From assembly GCA_963810615.1 (NCBI GenBank), contig CAWEOA010000002.1:7732-71731 (forward strand): a stretch of DNA of 64,000 nucleotides, read 5' to 3'. Shown piece after piece: positions 1-8,178 of the stretch; the first letter of the stretch is position 1, and each line of letters opens with the position of its first letter. A model generated the notes under the pieces. The model did no database searches. It was not told where the DNA came from and saw only the letters and a list, made by a program, of their open reading frames with translations. Source of the stretch: an uncultured Gammaproteobacteria bacterium (GTDB lineage Bacteria; Pseudomonadota; Gammaproteobacteria; DRLM01). The translations under genes were made by a program, and so were the position numbers.

Positions 1-549
1 GATGCACTGCCCGCCGCGCTGGGAATCAAGGCCCAAGTCTTCAATACCTTGTAACAGACGCCGCTGGCCGCGGTGATGGATTCCACCAGCGCAAAGCTGT
101 CCGCCTGGTATACGATCGGCGCCATGACGGGCATGTCCGGCGGCGGCTTCCTGACCTTGCGGAACAAGGTGAGATGGGGACGAAAGGGCCGGGCATCGAG
201 CTGACAGCCGCACTGCACGGCGGCCTTGCTCATGCCGTCGACCAAGGTCGTCAGCGCTGCCGGCACGCCATCGCTGCCCGCCCACAACACCTGCGGCTTG
301 CGCCAATAGCCCAGCTGATCGAATTGCAGGGTAAATTCCGCTATCGTTATCCCGGCCAACGCCGCCTCGATACAGGATTGGCGCTCGCCAGGGGTGGAGC
401 CCAGATACACCAGCGTGATATGCAGATTGCCGGCATCTACAGCGCGGCCCATTCCCGGCGGAAAGCGGACCTGCACATCCACCAAGGCCTTCCGCACCGC
501 GGCATTCGGCCACAGCGCCAGGAATAAACGTCGGACATCAGGGCTGCTC
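1..549 (-). CDS. thpR: RNA 2',3'-cyclic phosphodiesterase (2H phosphoesterase, ThpR/LigT family). The 3' end runs off the window start. The start is probably a GTG overlapping the cinA stop.
   Basis: I translated the reverse strand by hand (the ORF track has no entry here). It reads ..RLFLALWPNAAVRKALVDVQVRFPPGMGRAVDAGNLHITLVYLGS...RPFRPHLTLFRKV..., which carries the two H-x-T-x motifs (HITL and HLTL) of 2H phosphoesterases. There is no stop before coordinate 1. Confidence 0.5.
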
Positions 550-1047
550 ACGCCACAGATCCAAGAGACCTCGCAAGACCGCCGCCACCGCATGGCGACG
601 CACGGCTTCGCGGTTACCCGTGAACAACAGGCATCGCGTCTGCGTGTCCATACCACTGCCCGCCCAGGCCAGGCACACGGTCCCCACCGGCTTTTCCAGA
701 GTGCCGCCGCCTGGACCCGCGATACCGCTCACCGCCACCGCCACCTGGGCATGGCTACGGGCCAGGGCACCTTGGGCCATTTCCCGCACTGTCGGCTCGC
801 TCACCGCTCCGTGCTGCTCCAGTGTGGCGGGATTGACACCCAACAGCTCCACCTTGGCGGCATTGCTATAGGTGACAAAACCCCGCTCAAACCATTGGGA
901 ACTGCCGGATATGGCGGTGATCGCCTGCGCCACCCATCCGCCGGTACAGGATTCCGCGGTCGTCAGCATGAGACCGCGCTGGCGCAAGCTTTCTCCCAGC
1001 TGCGCGGCAAGGGTTTCTAAATCCATCCCTTCCATCCCGCTGTCCAT
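538..1047 (-). CDS. pncC: CinA C-terminal domain protein, a PncC-type nicotinamide-nucleotide amidohydrolase.
   Basis: The 169-aa ORF carries the LTTAESCTGGW motif. ISGSSQWFERGFVTYSNAAK is typical of the CinA_C/PncC family. The start could instead be an internal Met (MDLETL). Confidence 0.75.
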   Translation of the reverse strand: MDSGMEGMDLETLAAQLGESLRQRGLMLTTAESCTGGWVAQAITAISGSSQWFERGFVTYSNAAKVELLGVNPATLEQHGAVSEPTVREMAQGALARSHAQVAVAVSGIAGPGGGTLEKPVGTVCLAWAGSGMDTQTRCLLFTGNREAVRRHAVAAVLRGLLDLWREQP

Positions 1048-1264
1048 CCCCCGAAAATTTCATTTTAGCAAAGACAAGATTGCGCAGCGCCGCCGGCTGT
1101 CCAGCCCGGTCGTTCTGGGTTAAGATTGGCGGCTTTTGATAGGCTCGCCAGGTTGATCACGGCATATTGCGACTCATTTGCGCTCAATAGCCGGGAAGAT
1201 CGCTTCCGACACCGCCGGTTTCTACACATTGCTGCGCACCCAGTATAGGCAAGTCCCACACGCC

Positions 1265-2182
1265 ATGAACGATAATACCCCCCCCACATTCAGCGTCTCG
1301 TCCGGCAGGCGTTCCTGGCTTTCAACGTTAGGTGTGCTGGAACAATACCTCGCACCTCATCACCTGCTCACCCGCTGGATGCAACGCCTGACCAGGGTGC
1401 GCGCACCCTGGTTCAAAAACCGGCAAATCGCATGGTTCGTCCGCCGTTATCAGGTGGATATGAATATCGCCGCCGAAACCAACCCTCTCGCCTATCCTGA
1501 TTTCAATACTTTTTTCACCCGCCCCCTCAAAGCGGGCGCCCGCACCATCATCAGTGGCGACCATGCCCTTGCCTGCCCGGCGGACGGCAAGATCAGTCAG
1601 ATCGGCGATGTGGACAAGGGCCGCCTGCTCCAAGCCAAGGGTTATTCCTTCGATTTACTCACCTTGCTGGGCGGCTCCGAGGCGCGTGCCCGACCTTTCC
1701 AGGACAGTCGCTTCGTAACGATTTACCTCTCACCACGGGATTACCATCGGGTACATATGCCCTTGGCCGGGCGCTTGCGGGAGACGATCTATATCCCCGG
1801 CCGCTTGTTCAGTGTCAGTCCCCGAACCACCCAGGCTATCCAGGGATTGTTCGCCCGTAATGAACGCCTGGTCTGCATCTTCGATACCGCCATCGGCCCT
1901 GTGGCCGTGATCTTGGTGGGCGCCATGTTCGTGGCAGGTATCGAAACCGTATGGTCGGGCCTGCTCCCCCATAGCAAGCGGGTGATTGAACGCAATTATG
2001 CAGCCGGGCAAGCTCATGAAGAGATCGCGTTGGAACGCGGCCAGGAAATGGGACGATTCAATATGGGGTCTACGGTGATCGTATTATTCCCACCCGACCG
2101 GGTCGAGCTAGCGCCGGAATTGACGCAAAACGCGCCGGTGACCGTCGGCGAACTGCTCGGGACAATGAGCCTTGACGCTTAG
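1265..2182 (+). CDS. psd: Phosphatidylserine decarboxylase proenzyme.
   Basis: Conserved LSPRDYHRVHMP and the FNMGSTV self-cleavage site (LGST-type) are present. The start was chosen at MNDNTPP from alignment to the E. coli Psd N-terminus. The ORF track starts at a TTG at 1178. Confidence 0.9.
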   Translation: MNDNTPPTFSVSSGRRSWLSTLGVLEQYLAPHHLLTRWMQRLTRVRAPWFKNRQIAWFVRRYQVDMNIAAETNPLAYPDFNTFFTRPLKAGARTIISGDHALACPADGKISQIGDVDKGRLLQAKGYSFDLLTLLGGSEARARPFQDSRFVTIYLSPRDYHRVHMPLAGRLRETIYIPGRLFSVSPRTTQAIQGLFARNERLVCIFDTAIGPVAVILVGAMFVAGIETVWSGLLPHSKRVIERNYAAGQAHEEIALERGQEMGRFNMGSTVIVLFPPDRVELAPELTQNAPVTVGELLGTMSLDA

Positions 2183-2331
2183 GACGCGATCACGCCTCAC
2201 CTGCCGCACGGGAGGTAAATATCGAAAGTCCTATTTAGGACGGTGGCCTGGCATAACGCATTCGACACGCCATCACACCGCACGCACGGACATGCCGTTG
2301 CGATAGTTAGGTGTCGCCCACTTAAGCGGAA

Positions 2332-2676
2332 TCAGTTCATCGGTTTGTTTTGGTTATAGAGCAGCACCTCTTGTAAAGAACGGAAGGCGATGGCATCAAA
2401 ATCGCGGAACATCATGCCGACACCGTCTCCCGACACCCTCACCACGCGCGCATTAATGCGATGCCTGGTCAATTGAGGGCCGCCACCCAGTTTAAAGGTC
2501 AATTCCACCGGGGTTTCCGCGGCAAGCTTAACCGTTTCAGGCAGCTCGACGAACACTCCACCCAAGCCGATATCGCGCGTCCGGCACTCTTCGGCCTGGA
2601 CACCGGCATAGGACAAATCAACCGGCACATTGATCGATGTACGTTCAGTCCAACGACGCTCCATAGAACAACCCAT
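2332..2676 (-). CDS. Stand-alone PilZ-domain protein, a putative c-di-GMP receptor.
   Basis: N-terminal RRWTER (RRxxxR) is followed by DIGLGG (a variant of DxSxGG) and a beta-rich C-terminus of about 110 aa. The likely start is Met at 2664. Confidence 0.65.
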   Translation of the reverse strand: MGCSMERRWTERTSINVPVDLSYAGVQAEECRTRDIGLGGVFVELPETVKLAAETPVELTFKLGGGPQLTRHRINARVVRVSGDGVGMMFRDFDAIAFRSLQEVLLYNQNKPMN

Positions 2677-2927
2677 CCTTTCCCCATGCAGTGACTAGTA
2701 TTTATGTTATGGCTTCCCTTCGTTTTAGAGACAGTACCACTATCTCTACGATATCCCTAATATGCAATCATTGTACCCAATATATTAAAACCGATTGATT
2801 GGCAATACATTAGCTGAATATTTGCCCCATCCTGCCTAGTCAATCGCGGTAAGAATCTTCAAACCGTAAACCTGGTCGACACACTCCCCGCCACGCCCCA
2901 CCCGTAAAGCAGCCGGCAAAGCCATTA
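2677..2927 (-). promoter_or_regulatory. AT-rich intergenic region between epmA and the PilZ gene, the probable PilZ promoter region.
   Basis: This roughly 250-bp stretch has clearly lower GC than its surroundings (for example tttatgttatgg...atatattaaaaccgattgattgg). It lies directly upstream of the PilZ start codon. No precise -10/-35 boxes were assigned. Confidence 0.3.
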
Positions 2928-3899
2928 TTAAGCGCGATCGAAGGGGAAAGCCAGCACCTCTCCCAGCGCCGTTGCCCCCACCTTCAACATCAACAGACGA
3001 TCCAACCCCACGGCGATGCCGCTGCAGGCGGGCAGGCCATGGGCAAGGGCCGCAAGCAATCTTTCATCCATACTCATCTCGGGCATGCCCCCTGCACGGC
3101 GCAGTCGGCAATTCTCTTCAAAACGCCGACGCTGCTCGGCGCTATCCTGCAACTCTTGAAATCCGTTGGCCAACTCCACACCATCAATATAGACCTCAAA
3201 GCGCTCGGCAACCGCCGGCACACCAGGTTTGACGCGCGCCAACATAGCCTGCGACACCGGATAATCACACACAATCTGGGGGCGGCCATCGCCGCCCAGC
3301 CGCGGTTCGATCAAATGGCTCCACAGCAGTGTCAACCAGCCATCTCGGTCATCACCCAGAGACGCGGACACCGCGATGCCATGGCCGGCGGCGCAATCAC
3401 GTAACTGGGCAAGGGAGGCCGAATGCGGTTCAAGTTGCAGGTGGTGCGCGAACAATGCGGCATAGCTGCTCGAGGTCGCGGGCGGCGTGTGCAAAACCAT
3501 ACGCAATAAGTCGTCGACCTCCGCCATTAAGCGGCGGTAATCAAAACCCGGACGGTACCATTCCAGCATGGTGAATTCGGGATTGTGATAGCGGCCGGCC
3601 TCGCCGTTGCGGAAGGACTTGCATATCTGATAAATGGGACCGCTGCCCGCCGCCAGCAGTCTTTTCATGGCGAATTCCGGCGAGGTTTGCAAAAACATGG
3701 TCCGGCCCGCCGCGGCACCCGGACCGGCGTAGTGGCTGCAAAAACTATCGAGATGGGGATCGGTCGCACCGTACGCGGAAAGTACAGGGGTCTCCACTTC
3801 AAGCACGTCCCGTTCTGCAAAAAACTCACGGACTACGCCAAGTAATTCGGCCCGGTGCCGCAGCACCTCAACTCCAGCACTGGGCCGCCACTCGGTCAT
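2928..3899 (-). CDS. epmA: EF-P lysine aminoacylase (EF-P--(R)-beta-lysine ligase), a LysRS class II paralog.
   Basis: It aligns along its length with E. coli EpmA/PoxA, including EVETPVLS, GPIYQICKSFRNGE, YHNPEFTMLEWY, ERFEVYIDGVELANGF and CSGIAVGLDRL. Confidence 0.9.
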   Translation of the reverse strand: MTEWRPSAGVEVLRHRAELLGVVREFFAERDVLEVETPVLSAYGATDPHLDSFCSHYAGPGAAAGRTMFLQTSPEFAMKRLLAAGSGPIYQICKSFRNGEAGRYHNPEFTMLEWYRPGFDYRRLMAEVDDLLRMVLHTPPATSSSYAALFAHHLQLEPHSASLAQLRDCAAGHGIAVSASLGDDRDGWLTLLWSHLIEPRLGGDGRPQIVCDYPVSQAMLARVKPGVPAVAERFEVYIDGVELANGFQELQDSAEQRRRFEENCRLRRAGGMPEMSMDERLLAALAHGLPACSGIAVGLDRLLMLKVGATALGEVLAFPFDRA

Positions 3900-3944
3900 G
3901 ATCTGATGATTAAAATTTCACGCGCACGAACAATGGGGACCGCC

Positions 3945-4514
3945 TTAAGTCTTTGCACGGGAAACATACTCGCCGGTACGCGTATCGACCTTCAGCACGT
4001 CGCCGATGTCGATAAACAAGGGCACTCGCACCACCGCCCCCGTTTCCAGGGTAGCCGGCTTTCCGCCACCGCCCGAAGTGTCGCCGCGCACGCCGGGGTC
4101 GGTATCCGTCACCGTCAATTCCACAAAGTTGGGCGGCGTCATCGCCAAGGGCTGGCCATTCCACAGGGTGACGACGCACGTTTCCTGGCCCTTCAGCCAT
4201 TTCGAGTTATCGCCTACGGCGGTGGGACTCGCGGTAAATTGCTCAAAGGTATCGGGGACCATGAAATGATAGAACTCACCGTCGTTATAGAGAAACTGCA
4301 TGTCGGTGTCCACGACGTCGGCCGCTTCCAGACTCTCGCCCGATTTAAAGGTACGCTCGATGACCCGGCCGGTCTTCAAGTTACGGATCTTGACCCGATT
4401 GAAGGCCTGCCCCTTGCCGGGCTTTACGAACTCGTTTTCAATGATCGCGCAGGGATCGCCATCGAGCATCACCTTGAGCCCGCCTTTGAATTCACTCGTG
4501 CTGAACGTCGCCAT
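3945..4514 (-). CDS. efp: Elongation factor P.
   Basis: The start [14 protein letters not shown] sits downstream of a GAGGA ribosome-binding site. The KPGKGQAF loop carries the lysine that is beta-lysylated. The 188-aa length is typical. The longer ORF-track start, which adds 17 codons, was rejected. Confidence 0.95.
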   Translation of the reverse strand: MATFSTSEFKGGLKVMLDGDPCAIIENEFVKPGKGQAFNRVKIRNLKTGRVIERTFKSGESLEAADVVDTDMQFLYNDGEFYHFMVPDTFEQFTASPTAVGDNSKWLKGQETCVVTLWNGQPLAMTPPNFVELTVTDTDPGVRGDTSGGGGKPATLETGAVVRVPLFIDIGDVLKVDTRTGEYVSRAKT

Positions 4515-4616
4515 ACTATCCTCGTTTATAATGCCTGCCCACGATACCGGCCTCGCGGCATCCACACCGGATGCATCCCGCCGGGTATTTCGGTATCACT
4601 AAAAGTAAAGGTGCCT

Positions 4617-5672
4617 ATGTTACAGCGAAATCTTACATCTTGGCAGCGTCCCCGCTGGCAACAGTCCTTGGCCGAGGCCATCAAAGACCCTTCGGAGCTA
4701 TTGAGTCTGCTGGAATTGCCGCCGGACACCCTCGCTCTCAGTCAGCATATGGCACGGCAATTCCCGATGCGCGTACCGCGCAGTTACGTGGCGCGCATGC
4801 GCAAAGGCGACCCTGACGACCCACTCTTGCGTCAAATCCTGCCCCTCCATGCGGAAGAGCTGGAGTTCAGCGGTTATTACAGCGACCCCGTAGGAGACCT
4901 CCCCGCCATGCCGCTACCCGGCCTCCTGCATAAATATCACGGACGGGTACTGCTGATCACTACCGGCGCCTGCGGCATTCATTGCCGCTATTGTTTCCGG
5001 CGCCACTTTCCCTATGGGGATGCCAATCCCGCACCGGACGCCTGGCGATCGGCCCTAGATTATATTGCCGCCGATTCCTCTATCGCCGAGGTCATTTTGA
5101 GCGGCGGCGATCCTCTATCCCTGCCGGACCCTCGGCTCGCCGAGCTGGCGGGTCAGCTCAGCGCCATCCCCCATGTCAAGCGTCTGCGCATCCACAGCCG
5201 TCTGCCTATCGTATTGCCGGAACGCGTCGATGCGGCGCTACAGGAGTGGCTGAGCGCCTGCACTCTGCAAAAGGTCATGGTGGTACATGCCAATCATCCT
5301 AATGAAATCGATGAGGATACGGCTCAGGCCTTGCGCGGTCTGCAGGCTTGCGGTGTCACCGTACTCAATCAAGCGGTATTGCTGCGCGGGATCAACGACA
5401 ACGCCAATATTCTGTCCGCATTAAGCGAAACCCTGTTTTCGGCCGGGGTATTACCTTACTACTTGCATTTACTGGATAAAGTTAAAGGGGCGGCCCATTT
5501 CGACGTTTCCGAGACGCGCGCCGTCAGCCTTATCAACACATTACAAAACCGCTTACCCGGCTACCTGGTTCCGCGGCTGGTACGGGAGACAGCGGGCACC
5601 CCGGCTAAAATCCCGGTTCACGGCCTGGAAACCGGTACTGCGATTTCTGAAGAATCCGGCGCTTTGCTATAA
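4617..5672 (+). CDS. epmB: EF-P beta-lysylation protein EpmB, a lysine 2,3-aminomutase (KamA/YjeK family) radical SAM enzyme.
   Basis: It has the CGIHCRYCFRR radical-SAM cysteine motif and the KamA-family signature, and it is divergent from efp. The start is MLQRNLTSW. The upstream part of the 605-aa ORF is antisense to efp and was discarded. Confidence 0.9.
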   Translation: MLQRNLTSWQRPRWQQSLAEAIKDPSELLSLLELPPDTLALSQHMARQFPMRVPRSYVARMRKGDPDDPLLRQILPLHAEELEFSGYYSDPVGDLPAMPLPGLLHKYHGRVLLITTGACGIHCRYCFRRHFPYGDANPAPDAWRSALDYIAADSSIAEVILSGGDPLSLPDPRLAELAGQLSAIPHVKRLRIHSRLPIVLPERVDAALQEWLSACTLQKVMVVHANHPNEIDEDTAQALRGLQACGVTVLNQAVLLRGINDNANILSALSETLFSAGVLPYYLHLLDKVKGAAHFDVSETRAVSLINTLQNRLPGYLVPRLVRETAGTPAKIPVHGLETGTAISEESGALL

Positions 5673-5745
5673 TTTAGCGGTAGTAAATAAAGTAGGTATG
5701 CGGCGCGATACAGAAAATGGCGGAACGATAAATAGGGGAAGCGCG

Positions 5746-7371
5746 ATGCCACGAACAATCGCGACATTATCAACTGCCCCATGGGAAGCAGCCCAGGGCT
5801 TAACGTCACTGCAGGGTCATGAGGTGGCATCATGGATCGAGGCCTTACCGCTCGCAGATGTGGGCAAAACCCGTCATCGCGTATCAAGCTCCCTGGATAA
5901 GCTCATCACCAGCGACTTACCCGGGCAGGAACGCTTCGCGGCCTTGGAGCTATTCCGCAGTCCCATCCACTATTTGAGCGAAGCCTTGCAACCTCACTTC
6001 GTCGGCACGGCCTTTCCGTTGACGCTAAAAGCCCGCGGTATCGCCGATCAACTCAGCGAATTGCAGATGGCGATGGCCGAGGGCTACCAAGGCGTTTCCG
6101 ACGAACTGCTCGATTTAAACACCGTTCGCCAAGAGTTCACGATGCTCGCCACCAGCCTGCAACGTTCGCTTTTTTATCTCGGACAAGTTCTATTGACCAG
6201 CTATCAGCTGTACGAGTCAATCAGTGCCGATTGCTGGCGTCGCATCCATCGTATCTATGAAGCCGTCGAACGGAAGGGCGTGCATTCAAGCACGGTCCAG
6301 GATCCGTATCGACAGCACCAACAGTCAACCACTGCCGAAGAACAATATAAACAAATCCTGATGCTGGCCCTGACCAATCCTTACCGCTACTCTCAAACTG
6401 ATATTGCCTCGATCTATTCGCTTTTGGAACAGTGGACGCCGCAGTGCCGACTCTATTCCGCCGATCACCCGGATGCGCATCAATTTGCCTGTCGCGTCGA
6501 CCTGGCGAGCAACGAGCCTCCATCCTCCATCGCCTATAGCGCGATCCCTCATTCCGCAACCTGCCGTTTATTAGACACCTCCGCACTGATTCAGTCGCTG
6601 CCGAATTCATTGCCGCCGGGCGGAGACGAGACTTCGAATCACCCCACTGAAACGCAGATCCCGCAAACAACCGTGCTCTGGAAAGATCTTCTGCATTCCC
6701 TAGCCACTGCCTGGGGCCTGACGGCAAAACGAAGATATTCGCGAGCGTTTCCTGAAACGAGCGGCATAGCGATCAACCTGGGCCTCAGCGCCATCCATCC
6801 ACTGATCGACAAGCTGGACTCCATGTCGGCCATGGAATCCGCACGGATCAAAGAACGACCCGGCACAACGGACGCCAGAAACGATGATGAAACTTATTTG
6901 TGCGAGGTTATCGATGAAAGCGCAGGGGGTTCGCGCCTGAAGTGGCGCAACATAAATAAAGGGAAAATTCGCGTCGGTGAATTAATCGCGCTGCGCCAGA
7001 CCCATGCCCCCGGGGAGATGCCGGGGATTGGCGCAATCCGCTGGCTGAAAAACACTAATCAGCACACCGTTGAATTCGGGATTCAACTGATTTCGCCCGG
7101 CGCCGTTCCGATCGCCGTCAGACTCTATAATGTCAACGATCAGGAATCCGACCACGATTATTTAAAAGGCTTATATATCCCGGAATTCAAGGCCATCCGG
7201 CAGCCGGCGAGCCTCATCTTGCCCGCATTTCTCTATCGTGTGGATGATGTCATTTCCCTGGTAATGGATCATCGAGAACACTGCTTACAGCTGGTAAAGG
7301 CCATAGAAACCACCCAGGGGTTCAGTCGATATTATTATTCCTCACTGGCTAGCCCCCAGGAGCACCACTAA
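5746..7371 (+). CDS. Large (541 aa) protein with a C-terminal PilZ domain and an uncharacterised N-terminal region of about 370 aa.
   Basis: The C-terminal segment reads RIKER (RxxxR), then about 22 aa, then DESAGGSRLKW (DxSxGG), then GELIALRQ..GIGAIRWL..FGIQL, which is the PilZ beta-barrel pattern. The start Met at 5746 is preceded by an AGGGGAAG ribosome-binding site. The N-terminal region matches no family I recognise. Confidence 0.7.
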   Translation: MPRTIATLSTAPWEAAQGLTSLQGHEVASWIEALPLADVGKTRHRVSSSLDKLITSDLPGQERFAALELFRSPIHYLSEALQPHFVGTAFPLTLKARGIADQLSELQMAMAEGYQGVSDELLDLNTVRQEFTMLATSLQRSLFYLGQVLLTSYQLYESISADCWRRIHRIYEAVERKGVHSSTVQDPYRQHQQSTTAEEQYKQILMLALTNPYRYSQTDIASIYSLLEQWTPQCRLYSADHPDAHQFACRVDLASNEPPSSIAYSAIPHSATCRLLDTSALIQSLPNSLPPGGDETSNHPTETQIPQTTVLWKDLLHSLATAWGLTAKRRYSRAFPETSGIAINLGLSAIHPLIDKLDSMSAMESARIKERPGTTDARNDDETYLCEVIDESAGGSRLKWRNINKGKIRVGELIALRQTHAPGEMPGIGAIRWLKNTNQHTVEFGIQLISPGAVPIAVRLYNVNDQESDHDYLKGLYIPEFKAIRQPASLILPAFLYRVDDVISLVMDHREHCLQLVKAIETTQGFSRYYYSSLASPQEHH

Positions 7372-7448
7372 GCCCTTTCCGATGATCATACATATCGAGA
7401 TATTTTCCTGCCTCCTGCCGCAAATGATCACGGGCCGTCAGCGCCCTA

Positions 7449-7985
7449 TTACACCTCTGAGCGCTTGAACAAACGGGTAAACTCCGGCGGATAAATCAAT
7501 GAGCCGCCGCCTTCCAAAGCCCCCTGCTCCAATTCCTTAGCGGTGATGGAATCTTCGGGCACGGGCAGGGAACTACGAATCCCCCATTTCGATGCGTGCT
7601 CAAAACCAAAACGTCGATAATAATCCGGGTGGCCGATCACCACGATGGCCTTATGCCCCAGGCCGGTAGCCTTGGTCAGCGCCGCTTCCAGCAAGGTCGA
7701 CCCGATGCCGCGATGAGACTGTGAAGGCACTACCGACATGGGCGCCAGGGCCAAGACCTCGAGCTGCTTGCCCTGGCGCTCAAGATGCGCATGAAACAAC
7801 AAGATATGACCGGCCACGCGGCCTCCCACCTCGGCAACCAAGGACAGCTCAGGGATGAAACTTTTTGATTGCCTGACCACCGCCACCAACTGGGCCTCAT
7901 CCTCACCGCCAAAGGCACTCTGATTCACCACCGCAATCGCCTGTGCATCCGATTGATTTTCTTGCCTTACTTTTACTTCCTGCAT
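7449..7985 (-). CDS. GNAT-family N-acetyltransferase.
   Basis: The acetyl-CoA binding pattern HRGIGSTLLEAAL and the overall YhbS-like GNAT fold signature are present. The start is MQEVKV, with a GGAGG ribosome-binding site 9 nt upstream. Confidence 0.8.
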   Translation of the reverse strand: MQEVKVRQENQSDAQAIAVVNQSAFGGEDEAQLVAVVRQSKSFIPELSLVAEVGGRVAGHILLFHAHLERQGKQLEVLALAPMSVVPSQSHRGIGSTLLEAALTKATGLGHKAIVVIGHPDYYRRFGFEHASKWGIRSSLPVPEDSITAKELEQGALEGGGSLIYPPEFTRLFKRSEV

Positions 7986-8178
7986 TCTCGGCCTCCAAAC
8001 GCCTCTATGTTTCCCAGCCTCCTGGGGGTAACCCCCATCCCATAATACAAGCAAAGGGAGGGGAGTTGGTCAATACACTAAATATTTCGGGCCGATCAAC
8101 CGATAAATTTAGCGCGGCAAGTCGGGAAGCTAGAACGGTCCCCGCGAGTGATCGTTATACATATTATGGGAGAAGCCG

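Noticed and set aside
394-1020. A 208-aa plus-strand ORF and a 117-aa ORF at 174-527.
   Set aside because: They are antisense to the well-supported cinA/pncC and thpR genes. Their amino-acid composition is Arg/Ala/Gly-rich junk, as expected from reverse strands of GC-rich genes.
3855-5672. A 605-aa ORF on the plus strand.
   Set aside because: Only the last 351 codons (from 4617) are EpmB. The upstream 250 codons are antisense to efp, have no protein-like features, and are an open-frame artefact of high GC.
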